Positions 13,354 through 25,887 of a stretch of 64,000 bases of DNA are shown here, in pieces. The notes below the pieces were generated by a model. The model worked only from the letters and a program-made list of their open reading frames with translations, did not search any database and was not told the DNA's origin. The position numbers were made by a program, and so were the translations under genes. The stretch lies in the NCBI GenBank assembly GCA_951406725.2, contig OX597826.1, positions 48,794,001 to 48,858,000 of the forward strand. Direction: 5' to 3'. This stretch comes from Octopus vulgaris. Lineage: Eukaryota. How positions within the stretch are numbered: the stretch's first letter is position 1; the number at the start of each line of letters is the position of its first letter.

Positions 13354-13391
13354 CTGTCTGATGAGCGGCAACGAGAAACTCAGAGTAACAG
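13354..13391 (+). ncRNA. Minimal type-I hammerhead ribozyme motif
   Basis: CTGT-CTGATGA-G-CG-GCAA-CG-A-GAAA-CTCAGAG-TA-ACAG. Stem I CTGT/ACAG, short stem II with a GCAA loop, GUA site; inside a (TA)n-flanked element related to 50451-50590. Confidence 0.65.
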
Positions 13392-13423
13392 ATTTTGTTG
13401 AATTTTCTGCTGCTTTAAATAAA

Positions 13424-13486
<63 letters not shown>

Positions 13487-13520
13487 TATACATATATATT
13501 ATTATGATTATTGTTCTTAA

Positions 13521-13730
13521 TAAGGCAGTGAACTGACAGAACTGTTAGCACACCGGACAAAATGTTTAGTAGTATTTTGTCCATCTTTACATTCTGAGTT
13601 CAAATTCCACTGAGATCGACTTTACTTTTTCTCCTTTCAGGGTCGATAAAATGAGTATTTGTTCAGCATCGATGTAAGCAACTAACTCCTTCCCCCAAAA
13701 TATCAGGTCTTGTGCCTATAACAGAAAGGA
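13521..13730 (+). mobile_element. SINE family B, decayed
   Basis: Homology to 10779-11011. Confidence 0.8.
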
Positions 13731-13756
13731 TTATTATTATTATTATTATTATCATT

Positions 13757-14980
13757 ATAGTCTCCTTCATTTTCTACAATGCTCTTCCATCTATCTGGTA
13801 GACTTGCAAGACCTCTCTTCCAAAATTCATTTGTCCGTGACGAAAAATACTCCTCCAGTACTGCTCTGACTTCATCTACAGAATTCATATTTTTTCCATC
13901 CAAATGATTTTGAAGACTGCAAAATAAATGTTAATCAGATGGGACAATGTCCAGAGAATATGGTGGATGAGGTATTGTTTCCCATTCAAACTGCACCAGC
14001 CTTTAAAGTGTTGTCCTTGCTGTATGTGGCCAAGCATTATCCTGATGGAAGAACACCTTTCATCTTGAAATCAAAGATGACCATTTTTCTTCTAGTGCTG
14101 GCTTAAGCTGCTCAAGCTGCTTGCAGTTGATTTCCTCTGTTATTGTCTGGTTTGGATTTAAAAGTTCACATCCCACCAAAGAAATGGCAAGTAGCTTGTT
14201 TACCATCCACATGGTTCCAGGTTCAGTCCCACTGCGTGGCATCTTGGGCAAGTGTCTTCTACTATAGCCTCGGGCCAACCAAAGCCTTGTGAGTGGATTT
14301 GATAGACGGAAACTGAAAGAAGCCCGTCGTATATATGTATATATATATATATATATGCATGTGTGTGTTTGTGTGTCTGTGTTTGTCCCCCTAGCATTGC
14401 TTGACAACCGATGCTGGTGTGTTTATGTCCCCGTTACTTAGCGGTTCGGCAAAAGAGACCGATAGAATAAGTACTGGGCTTACAAAAGAATAAGTCCCGG
14501 GGTCGAGTTGCTCGATTAAAGGCGGTGCTCCAGCATGGCCACAGTAAAATGACTGAAACAAGTAAAAGAGGTGGAGACCTTCTTTAGCCCATGGTTCCAG
14601 TGTTCCTTTTTTCCATACCCAATGTTTTCAGCGCTTGAAATTTTTATAGAGAACCTATTTCTCATCACTAATCATTATTCAAGCCAAGAAAGGTTCATTC
14701 GTGAGACATGACAGCAAAAAAGAGCACATATTCACTCACTGTACGTGATTAGACTCAGAAAGTTTGTGAGGAAACTATTGACCCAATTTGCTGACTTTTC
14801 CGGTAACACACCAGTGTTCTTGAATGGTTTAACGACCAAATCCAAGTTTCTCTGCTAGTTCCTCAACAGTTACGATGGGGTTCTGTTCCACCAGAGTTAG
14901 CAAGACATCCTCATCGGGCTCTACAGATCTTCTAGGATGAGGCTCATCTCCTAGGCTGTAGTTTCTGGCTTGGAATTTCT
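13757..14980 (-). pseudogene. Mariner (DD34D-type) transposase relic split by a SINE
   Basis: Minus-strand peptides ..LGDEPHPRRS.., KLGQ*FPHKLS (WVPHEL-like), MISDEK*, FHQDNAWPH, HPPYSLDIVPSD*HLF and FWKRGLASLPDRWKSIVENEGDY; several stop codons. Confidence 0.9.
14188..14570 (+). mobile_element. SINE family A (young) inserted in mariner
   Basis: CpG-retaining copy close to the window consensus; mariner sequence resumes on both sides. Confidence 0.9.
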
Positions 14981-15419
14981 AATAAAGGCCCAGCTCAACA
15001 TATAGGGACCAGGAGAGTTTTTTGAGTCATGTTTTTTGGGAAAAAAAAAATGTCTCTTATACGCCATCAAAAGAGATATCACTATATATACACTTTTTGC
15101 ATATACCAGTTGTATGTCTAGCCATTTATATACTGTTTCCTTACAAGTAACTTCTATACTTTTATTTATGTTTTTCTTCTTTTCTTTTTTTTTTGTTTTG
15201 TTGGTGTGTTAACAATTGCAATATGTTGTGATAAAGAGATTTAGATTAAATTGCATTCTTAAATAAATCTCATACATAATTGAGATGGTAATATAGAGAG
15301 AAACATCAATAAAATGGTTGATATTTCTCTTTTTTTACTCTAACCTTATAGCATTTAATCCAGCCATATCTAGCCCAAATATTCTACCTGTTTTCTATTA
15401 AAACTGAACTTGTAATCTA

Positions 15420-15870
15420 GAGAGAGAGTAACTACAGATTTCTCAATAGTTCAGCAAAGGAGTTTTTCACTGATCTTCATGTTAACATCCGCTGGGCAGT
15501 TAATTTCCACAATTGTACACAGTTTCTCTTCTCAATCCCAAATCATTATGTCAGGTCTCTTGTGCTTACATTTTAGTGAGGTCTTCACTGGGACATTCCA
15601 GCAGGACTCCTTTTTATTAAGAGTGGTTATATTGTGAGTTCTTATTTCTTTGTCCTCAGGGATATACTTCTGACAGTTTTCATTATAGAGTGTCCTATCT
15701 ACAACATCATCTGTCATCAGTAGATAATACTGTGAGGATAATTTCAGACAACTGCTCATGATGTGGGTGATATCTTTGATGTTAACTCCACAAAGTCTAC
15801 ATCGGTTGTCACATTCTACTGCTTTTCCTGTATCTCTATCCCTTTTGTATATCAGCTATTTTTGTTGATA
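15420..15870 (-). pseudogene. R4/Dong-like non-LTR retrotransposon relic (CCHC plus restriction-like endonuclease)
   Basis: CRLCGVNIKDITHIMSSC ... HKRPDIMIWD ... IVEINCP; same family as 38750-39540. Confidence 0.8.
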
Positions 15871-16129
15871 TTTCCTGTATGTGCATATATATGTATGTAA
15901 ATACATATATATAAATAAATATGTATGCATGTACGTAAATATATATATATAGATAGAGTTAATTCAAACAAGAAAGCCAAAAAAAACACAACGTGAGGAC
16001 GTGGAACAAATATAGTATTATTAGAGGCTCAGGAAAGAAGGATATATATATATATATATATATACGAATACATGTAAATATATATTTGTATGTATGTATG
16101 TAAATATATATATTTACATACATACGCCA

Positions 16130-16320
16130 TGATAGATCGTTAGCTCCTACACGCATTTTTTTTCTCTCCTTATTTTTTCTGTGTATCTTTTTGTTGAAGA
16201 GCATAGGCTCGAAACGTAAAAGACTTTTTCTATTTCTATTCCTGAGCGCCATAATAATACATTTGTTTGTTTGTACTCCACCTGCCTTCGTCTTTTTATT
16301 TTCGTAAACCTTCCTGTTAT
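16130..16320 (+). mobile_element. (TA)n-flanked Penelope-like terminal fragment with hammerhead-like motif
   Basis: TCTTT-TTGTTGA-AGAGC-ATAG-GCTC-GAAA-CG-TA-AAAGA at about 16186-16223; homologues at 28334-28500 and 34350-34450 (minus). Confidence 0.55.
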
Positions 16321-16684
16321 ATATATGTATGTATGTATATGTATGTGTGTGTGTGTGTGTGTATGTGTGTGCATGTGTGGTTGTGTTTGTGTGTGTATAT
16401 GTATATAGAGAGACAGACAGACAGTGCCTTGACTACCTTCATTCTGGGAAATATTGGTTCCAGTGACTGATAATGCATGCAAGAATTACTTAAGCATCCC
16501 TTTACCTTGTATTTATGCTAATTCAGAGTTTCTGACCTGCAAGGCTTAAGGGCCTGGAGGCTGAAAACAGGAAGGACATCTGACCATTGAAAATCTGCAT
16601 CAACAAAATTTAGTCTTAGCTATGCATGACTGGAGAAGTAGATGTTGAAACAATAATGACAATGCATAAACACAGACACATATA

Positions 16685-16721
<37 letters not shown>

Positions 16722-17189
16722 ACACACACACACACACACATGCACAAAAACTGTGGAGGAGATGTTGTTATGGTTTTAAATGGTATTTTTTACATAGGGT
16801 GGAGTTAGATTTTTTTTCTTCAGATATTATTTTAATTTTAAGCCTGGCTGTTTGTGACTTTGAATCACTAAATCGCACACACAGATACACACACATTTAC
16901 ACATATATTTTGATACATAGATACATACACACCTATATACATACATACATGTGTGTGTGTGTGTGTGTGTGTGTGCATATATCAAATCTTTGATGGTGAC
17001 ACAATTTCCAGTCCTTGTCTATCATACCAATAAAGATAATGCAAAATCATTTTTTTTATTTCCTTTTTCCTTTTTTTTAATTCCATAATTCTGTATTTAT
17101 TTAATTTTTATCAATCTTACAAACCTGTAATTTGTACTGATTAAAAAACTTGATATTGCTGGTGAAATCAAAACAAACAGAAATTCTCC

Positions 17190-17232
<43 letters not shown>

Positions 17233-17343
17233 ATATGTAATATTTAATTAGGGATCCAATGACTAACACTTTGAACACAACAGCTAAACTAAATAAAAAC
17301 AGGATTCTTTAGATATTTTATATTTCTGAAATTGTATTGTGGC

Positions 17344-17381
<38 letters not shown>

Positions 17382-17469
17382 GTAATAATACAACTGGAAA
17401 TGGAGGTAATGAAAGAAGAATAGGTCAAGGTGCTTGGATGATGGATGTATGAGACCAATTAGCTCTGTG

Positions 17470-17945
17470 CTGCCCAAGAACAAGCACTAAGAACAAACTA
17501 CATAAAATACAGAATAGACAACACATCAGAAAGTGATAAGTGCAGAATCTGTGGACAAAACAGTGAAACCGTATGGCATATTACCAGCCAATGTACGCCA
17601 CTAGCCCAGGAGGAATATAAGAGACACCAGGCTTGTCCATTGGACACTGCAAGAAGTATGGACTTGACAGAGCAAAAAATTGGTACGACCACAAACCTGA
17701 AGGCATTGTTGAAAATAGAAATGCAATGATCCTATGGGATTTTATGATAAGATTGAGAATAGAAAGCCAGGCATAGTCTTATTTGAGAAAGAAAACAAAC
17801 TATGCTGCCTCATCATAGACATATTTGCTTTTGAGCCAAAAATTAACTAACTAACTAACATAGCATGCCCAACTGACAACAAGGTGTGCGATAAGGAAGA
17901 AAGAAAAGTCGAGAGATATGACAGGTTAGCTTGGGAAGTTAGGAG
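17470..17945 (+). pseudogene. R4/Dong-like non-LTR retrotransposon relic
   Basis: DKCRICGQNSETVWHITSQCTPLAQEEYKRH, WYDHKPEGIVEN..ILWDF, RKPGIVL and IACPTD..KEERKVERY; lies just downstream of (TAA)n at 17344-17390. Confidence 0.85.
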
Positions 17946-18594
17946 TAGCTGTGGTAACAGAACTTTAAACCCTAAAAATAAGATTATTTTTACTGAGTTT
18001 TCTCTTGACTCAGCTAGTATTTTCCTGCTACCATCATAATGAGCACATTTAGTATTGTTGTTGCTGTTAGTGGTAGAGGTCGTAGCAGTAGAAATAGTAC
18101 CTCTAAGTATTAGTAATATTGTTTAATTTAGCCTGGTTTGGTATTTATCAATAAAGTTCTTTTCTCTGATTTTTCTTTCAATTTCACTTGGACTGTACAG
18201 TTTGTAGAATGGGAATATTATAAATATTCTTTGACTGCACGTTGCTAGATGGTTACACAAAGGTATCTCACGGACATGTGTGTGTGTGTGTGTGTATGGA
18301 CGTATATGTGCATACATATACAAGCATGCACATATACATCCATACATGCACACACACACACACATGCACACGGGCATACAGCAGCAATTACAAGTGATAT
18401 GACAAGTTCTATAAACCCCCCAACATTGATTTAAAAACAATGAGGCTCAGCAACGAGATGTAAGGCAGAGATTATTTGCGGAAACAATAGAGAAAGATTA
18501 ATGCTGTATAACTAACCAATATTGGTAGCGGGGAGAGGTGGGGAGAGAGAGGGAGTGATAGAAACAGACTGACAGAATGATAGATAAACAGAGC

Positions 18595-18626
<32 letters not shown>

Positions 18627-19144
18627 TGGTGTATGGAAAGCAAGTCCTTCGCTCCGACTAACAACAACAGCAGATAATGATAACAACGAAAGCAACTCTA
18701 ATAACAGTGACGTTGACAGCAGCAACAACAAGAACAACAAAGACAACAACAGACGCGGGTCATTTGTACATGGATATTGTTAGATAATGGGTCCTTCACG
18801 AGCTAATCACTATTGTTCTCAACGTTCCTGAATAAATATGGCAAGAGGTAAGACAGAAGAGAAATTGAAAAGTATGTGCATTTCTCTGTGTGTGTGTGTG
18901 GTGTGCTGACAACTGTATGTATGTATGAATACACACATATACATATGTGTGTGTATATATATATATATACGGTATGGACGATTTTTTGGAGTCTAATAAT
19001 ACCATGTACGCCTATTTGATAATGAGGATTTACAAACATACTTTCCCAGTGATACTCGGTTTACCGACCATTATAATCAATACCAAATGTTTTTTTCTCA
19101 AACCTTTCATAATGTGATAAAAGTATTTGGTGTAGCAATTGCAT

Positions 19145-19237
19145 GCGGCTGAAGAGGGCTTTTGAACTATCTGCAATGTCGATTATGCATTGATGTAAGA
19201 ATAAGTTGTTCTATAAAGCTCGAAACATATGTACCGT
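19145..19237 (+). ncRNA. Type-I hammerhead ribozyme motif with extended stem II
   Basis: GCGG-CTGAAGA-GGGCTTT...AAAGCTC-GAAA-CATATG-TA-CCGT. All core nucleotides are canonical; 7-bp stem II closed by G-C; palindromic CATATG; GUA site. Confidence 0.8.
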
Positions 19238-19282
19238 GACATCCTTTGTGTCCTGTTTTTCGTTTTATTTCATTTGATGCAT

Positions 19283-19530
19283 ATCATCATCATCATCATC
19301 ATTTAGCGTCCGTTTTCCATGCTAGCATGGATTGGACGGTTCACTTGGGGTCTGTGAAGCCAGAAGGCTGCATCAGGCCCAGTCTGATCTGGCAGTGTTT
19401 CTACGGCTGGATGCCCTTCCTAACGCCAACCACTCCATGAGTGTAGTGGGTGCTTTTTACGTGCCACCCGCACAGGTGCCAGACGGAGCTGGCAAACGGC
19501 CACGAACGGATGGTGCTTTTACATGCCATA
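19283..19530 (-). mobile_element. Retroposon family D
   Basis: Homology to 5415-5800. Confidence 0.8.
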
Positions 19531-19588
19531 TATATATATGTATGTAGATAGATAGATAGACAGATAGATAGATAGATAGATAGATAGT

Positions 19589-19672
<84 letters not shown>

Positions 19673-19740
19673 CATATATATGTATATGTATGCTTATACA
19701 TATATACATATACATATACATGTATACATATATTTTTATG

Positions 19741-19829
19741 TACGAAGGAGTTTATGAAAAGTTTTAAGCCTTGAAGTCTTGTATTTTTTTTTTTTTTTGA
19801 GGCTCAAGACTTTTCATACACCCTTCGTA
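19741..19829. mobile_element. Very small mariner-type MITE
   Basis: ~30-bp imperfect TIRs TACGAAGGAGTTTATGAAAAGTTTTAAGCCT / AGGCTCAAGACTTTTCATACACCCTTCGTA, including terminal TA. Confidence 0.75.
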
Positions 19830-19926
19830 TGTATATATATTTTTGTGTGTCTATGTGTGTGTGTGTTGATATGCATGTGCATATATGTGTGTGTACATAT
19901 CTGTACAAATATATCTCCATATACAT

Positions 19927-19966
<40 letters not shown>

Positions 19967-19967
19967 G

Positions 19968-20270
19968 GAGGAGGACGACGACAACGACGAGGACAAGGAC
20001 AAGGAGGGTGACGACAACGACTAGGATGACGATGAGGAGGTGGAAAATGAGGAGGACGAGGAAGTGGAGAACGAGGAGGAGGAAGAGGAAGAGACAAGGA
20101 GGAGGAAGAGGACAAGGAGAAGGAGGAAGAGGACAAGGAGAAGGAGGAGGAGGAGGGGAGGAGGAGGAAGAGGAAGAGGGGGAGGTGGAAGAAGAAGACA
20201 AGGAGGAGGGGAGGGGGAAGAAGAGGTCAATGAGGAGGAAGAGGAGGAGGAGGAGGAAGAGGGCGAAGAG
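19968..20270. repeat. Purine-rich (GGA/GAC)n low-complexity tract
   Basis: Read directly from the sequence. Confidence 0.9.
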
Positions 20271-20819
20271 TTTGTGTGTGTGTGTATGATTGTAGGCAGG
20301 TTGTTCAATATGCCACATTTCAGTTATTTTAATGTTAAAACACCTCCAAAAGCAAGCATTAGACATTAATTTTAGTAACAGAGACATTATGCGATAAAGA
20401 AAAAAATGCTAACATCTACGGTCATACAACTGTTGTTTACTAAAGAATACATCCATTAAGCATTATGTTGACGAGAACAGACTCATTGAGCAACTACAGT
20501 CATTCTTTGATCTAAGAAACCAATATGCATGTAGAGGCAGAAGAATTGTATAGTTCTTGTAAAATAAAATTGCAAAGACATACATGTAGATTCAGGCATT
20601 GTGCAAGAGACCAGTGCTGAGGTGAGGTAACAGTCGTAAGTTAACTGAAGGCTGAAAGAGGAGAAGAGAAAAAATCATTGGAAGTTTTTAAATAACGTGT
20701 GATGAAGTAAGCTGGTCACATAGTCCATGTCATGGCTATGAATGAATGATATTCATATCACTGTTCAGAAGAAATCTGAGCATGGATTCCTCTCTCTCTC
20801 TTTCTCACTCTAAATATAT

Positions 20820-21047
20820 ATTTCTTTATTGCCCACAAGGGGCTAAACAGAAGAAACAAACAAGGACAAACAAAGGTATTAAGTCGATTAGATCGACCCC
20901 AGTGTGTAACTGGTGCTTTATTTATCGACCCCGAAAGGATAAAAGGCAAAGTCGACCTCAGCGGAATTTGAACTCAGAACATAACGGTAGACGAAATACC
21001 ACTAAGCATTTCGCCCAGCGAGCTACCATTTCTGCTATCTCACCACC
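20820..21047 (-). mobile_element. SINE family B
   Basis: Reverse complement of 10779-11011. Confidence 0.88.
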
Positions 21048-21060
21048 TATATATATGTGT

Positions 21061-21092
<32 letters not shown>

Positions 21093-21714
21093 GTATGTGT
21101 TATTGTATGTATGTGTTATTGTATGTATGTATGTATGTATATGGTCGTGTGTGCATGTGTGTGTGTATCATATAAACGCACACATATATATGTACATATA
21201 CATATAATATGATATGGAGAAAATACCTTAGGGGAGTCATTTGTATACTAAATATAAACATAGTCTTATATATGTGATGTAGTGAGCTAAAAAAAAATTT
21301 ATTCAGACTGGATTTATCTCCCTTGCTTGTTGTTTTTAGATTTTAAACAGCCCTGGAGGGACTTTTCACCTAGTAATTGCCTGGATAATCTCATTTGATC
21401 AGAACTTTCCAACTCACTTTATTATATTTATATGGAACTCCACCACATTTGTATATAATACTCAGAATGTTCCCCCTGGGGTCTTTTGATTAAAGATTTT
21501 TTAATGGTTATTTTTCCTGTGGCTCAACATTCATTACCTCCTCCCCCACCACCACCACCACCCTCCCCACAACAGTTTTTGTTAGTAATTTGTGAAATCC
21601 AAATGTAGTGAGGTGTATTGAATAAAACAGAATTTGTTTGTATAAGCATATTGCTGCTGATGACTAAGGAACATTGAGTGTGTTGTGATAAGGGTTGAGG
21701 TTTTCTTGTAGGCA

Positions 21715-21862
21715 CCAGCATGGCTGTGTAGCAAGAAGCTTGATTTCCAACCACATGGTTCTGAGTTCAGTCCCACACCATGGCACCTTGGGGTGCCTTC
21801 TACTGTAGCCTTGGGCTGACCAAAACCTTGTGAGTGGATTTGGTAGATGGAAACGGAAAAAA
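21715..21862 (+). mobile_element. SINE family A head
   Basis: TGGCTGTGTAG...GAGTTCAGTCCC...GTGAGTGGATTTGGTAGATGGAAAC. Confidence 0.8.
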
Positions 21863-23709
21863 GACCTCCTCCTCCTCCTTAATTCCTTGTTCCTTTTTTT
21901 CTCTCTCTTCTCCCCCTCCTTGATTCCACTGTCCCTCTTTTCCTCTCTCTTCTCTTCACACGTGACTGACTGACCAACTGCTGGCCTTCTGAGTCCAGCC
22001 AACTGCTGGCCTTTTGAGTCCAGCAGCCGTTGTGGTAACACCAACATTTTTTTTCTCTGCCCCAAGGCACATTCCTAACACGCCAGCTAAGCTTAATTCG
22101 TCCTAGTCGAAAGACGCCTATTCATGATGTCCTGTTATTGTTATTAATATTATTATTATTGTTTTCACGTATTATTATTATTATTGTTTTTACGTATTAT
22201 TTTTGTATTCATATTCGTGTAACAACGTCCGTTTTTCTGTCCTTGTTTTGTATACATTTGAAGCTTTCTTCCAAGTAATCTAATGTGGTGGTGGTGGTGG
22301 TGATGGTGGTGGTAGTGGTGGTGGTGGTGTTGGCGGCGGCGATGATGATTATGATGATGATGATGACGATGATGACAATGTTGTTGTTTGCCACTATGTC
22401 AAACCTCAATTGCTCAGATTCCACCCTTACCCCAGTGTAACATCAAGACCATCACAGCTGGAGGAGAAGGAGGAGGAAAAACTCCATCAGCAATCAGATG
22501 GTACCCAACTACTGCTAAATAGACTGGGGCAGTGTGAAATTTAATGTCTTGCCCAAGGTCTCTAAAGGCAAGTGAGCAGAAGCGAGAGGGAGTGACATCG
22601 CGAAGGGACCAGAGGGGGGACAACATGACGTCACATCTACATGCAAAAGGTTGAAGATGGCCTCTTTCTTATGGGGTGGGGATTGGCAGTGAGGCAAGTC
22701 ATGTGCTGTGACTGGTTGGGGTGTAGTTGTCTTTGTTGGCAAGGAATCGGCAGAGGTGATATGAGGTTACACCTGTGAGTTTTGGCTGGTCTACCCCTGA
22801 TCCAACATTTGGAGTGATTGGTGCTGATTGCAACTCAAGGTAAGAGCAACTGCATTTTATGTCTTGCAACAACAGACACATAAACATTCACTGATCTGTC
22901 TGAGAATTGAACCAGTGACCTCCTGACCACGAGGCCCAACACTATAACCACTAGACTACAGGCCTTCATGAACAGCACATAATTCTCCAAAAATTATTTT
23001 CATGTGTATTATTACACTCTCATGAATTCCGTGGGTCTCACCAATGGGAAATTATTTAAGGGTTACTTTTTCACAAATCTCTAACCAACACTTCTTTCAT
23101 TACAACTTCTAACTCTCGTATTTCAGAAATCTTTGTTCTCCGCTTCCAGCTCACTTAATTATTCACAGCCAGATATACTTCTAATCTACTATCAGAATCA
23201 ATTATCAATATGTTCCCTCACCAATTTGATATTTAAGCTCCCAACTTTTTATATATATATATATATCCTACGGTTATAATGACTTTTGGTTTTCAGACAT
23301 AAAATTTAAAACTTGTCAAAACAATTCCTTTCGTGTAACCGAATAGACTTGATTTGTTAACTGTCCCTTTTTATTATTTACTCCCTAAATTTAGGAAAGA
23401 AAAGCAAGTAATTCATGTGAATCGTTTTCTTTCTTTCATTCTCTTTTGTTTTATTTATTTGTCTATTTGTTAAAGGTTTATCGTTTAAGAAAATGATAAT
23501 AATGGATATAATGTAATGTCATGATATATCTTTAAGCTTGTAATTCCATATATTGTATTAGGACACTCTCTCCCCATTACTTTTTGACATACATTGCAAG
23601 ACATGAGTTTTATATACATACATATATATACATATATATTATAAATATATATATATACACATATGTATTTATGTATGTATGTATGTATGTATGTATGTAT
23701 GTATATGTG

Positions 23710-23746
<37 letters not shown>

Positions 23747-24379
23747 ATCTCTGTATATGGTGTATATGTATGCATGTATAATATATATATTTAAATATAT
23801 ATATAAATATACATATATGTATGTATCTATGTATGTATGTATTTATGTATATAATGTATATAAATATATGTGTACAAATATATATATATATATATTATTT
23901 TATCTATCTATATGTGTGTGTGTGTGTGTGTATGATATATAAATATAGAAAGAGAGGGGAGAGATTGAGACAGAGATGTATATACATATATATGTGTACA
24001 GTTGTATGCATGTGTGTGTGTGTGTGTGTGTGTGTAATTGAAGAGTTTCGGTATAAAAAGAGACGGTTGGAAGCATAAACTTACACGACTATAGTAACAT
24101 GGATTTATTGAATCAGAAAATTGTTATGACTTCAGATCATTTAACTACCCAACGTAGTGTGACTAATTAAGGCTAGTGTTAGCTTTTCCCCTCCTGGTTT
24201 AATAGGTTTGAAATGATATCTCACTTTTCGGATAAAATAGTTTGTTTGCAAGTGAAAGAATTATTTGAACCAACAAAGTTTTAGGGACATAACTGAAGAT
24301 TTCATCTTCACGGGGTGTAGCTAAAACAGCACAGCTTGTTATGCACGGGTCTCTATTTCCATTCTACCATGTCATAATC

Positions 24380-24451
<72 letters not shown>

Positions 24452-24889
24452 CATTTCACAGTGTCACAATCTGTCTCCTTACAAATCTCCATATCACTGT
24501 CTCTCTCTCTCTCCATTTGACCATTATATTGTCTACCTCTCTCCAAATTCCCATGTCATAATCTATGCCTCTTAAAACCCCGAGCGACAATTTTTCTCTC
24601 TCTCTCTCTCTTTCTAAACCCTTATATCACAGTCTATCTCTCTCACCAAACCTTTCTGTCACATTCTCTCTTACCATTTTACCATTTCACAATTTACCCT
24701 TCTGCAAAACATGACACAAGTTATCTCTCCTTAAATCAACAGTTTATCTTCTCCAAATCAATACCCTAGAAAAAAGTGTTCAATAGTGTTTTGGCGTTGC
24801 ATGCAGGACATGTTGACAGTCATGTGGATTAAGCTTCTAAAGAGGTTGCAATTATAGCCAAAAATATAATTTAATGTCAATGTCAAAAT

Positions 24890-25450
24890 ATATGAACTAC
24901 CAGCATCTCTGCTAGCAATCTTATATCCTGTTGGTAGCATTCATAAAAAAAAGTTAAACATCTCATGGACTGATTGTCTTAGCTTACAGTCATACTCAAC
25001 TAATAACATTCATAAAACATATTAAATCTCTTATGGACTGCTAATGCCTCTACAAGCAGTCTTATATCCAGTCAACAACATTCATAAAACAAGTCAAGTT
25101 TCTCATGAACTGCCAGTGTCTCAGCCTACAGTCTTATATAATGTTGACAACATTCATAAAACAAGTTACACTTCAAGTTAAATCTCATATGCACTGCCAG
25201 TATCTCTGCTAGCAGTCTTATATCTTTTTGGTGGCATTCACAAAACAAGTTGAATCTCCTATGGACTGCTTGTCTTAGCTCACAGTCTTATATTCAACTG
25301 ATTGCATTCGTAAAACAAGTTAAAGTTCTTATGGGCTGCTTGTAGCTCAGTTAGTAATCTTATACCCTTTTAATAACATTTAGAAACAAGTTAACTGTCC
25401 TATGAACTGTTAATGTCTCTACTAGCAGTCTTACCTCCATATTGATAACG
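24890..25450. repeat. Diverged minisatellite, ~72-bp unit x ~8
   Basis: CATTCATAAAAC-like anchor recurs at 24938, 25007, 25079, 25151, 25235, 25305 and 25377 (spacings 69, 72, 72, 84, 70, 72). Confidence 0.9.
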
Positions 25451-25464
25451 TATGCAATGGTGTT

Positions 25465-25850
25465 ATTTGTAAACAACACTTGGAAGAAAACTGCAAAATT
25501 TGCCAAAATATTGGATGTCATTTTGCCAAAGGGACTTGAGAAAAATATTGAGAATCTGGTACTATTTATATATTAGAAATGATGAAGTATGAAGACAAGC
25601 ATTATCACAAAGACTCCAAGACAAAAATCAAGGAAGTGCCTGGCTGGTTACAACCTGTGGCAGCCATGTGGCCGATATGCATAGGTAGCAATGTGGTGGA
25701 CATCAGTAAGAGAAAGTAGAAGACAGAAGACCATGAATCACCTGGGCACTGAAACTTCCATAAGAATCTGAAGTCTGGAAACAGACACTAGTAAAACAGA
25801 AGAATATGCAACTAATGGAAAAACTGGTGAAGAACCACTGTCCAATGTGC
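25465..25850 (+). pseudogene. RTE-like LINE ORF C-terminal relic
   Basis: Degenerate match to the RTE pattern W..LD.F..LR.IL.I.W..I.N.EV..HV.RM..RP..TW, read across frameshifts. Confidence 0.5.
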
Positions 25851-25887
25851 ATATTATTTATATTATATGCACATTATGAACATTCGT

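Noticed and set aside
20040-20369. Acidic/Arg-rich ORF
   Set aside because: A (GGA)n low-complexity tract between microsatellites.
24890-25450. CRISPR-like array or C2H2/LRR coding repeat
   Set aside because: Whole units are homologous (no unique spacers), the context is eukaryotic, and there is no Cys/His or LxxLxL pattern.
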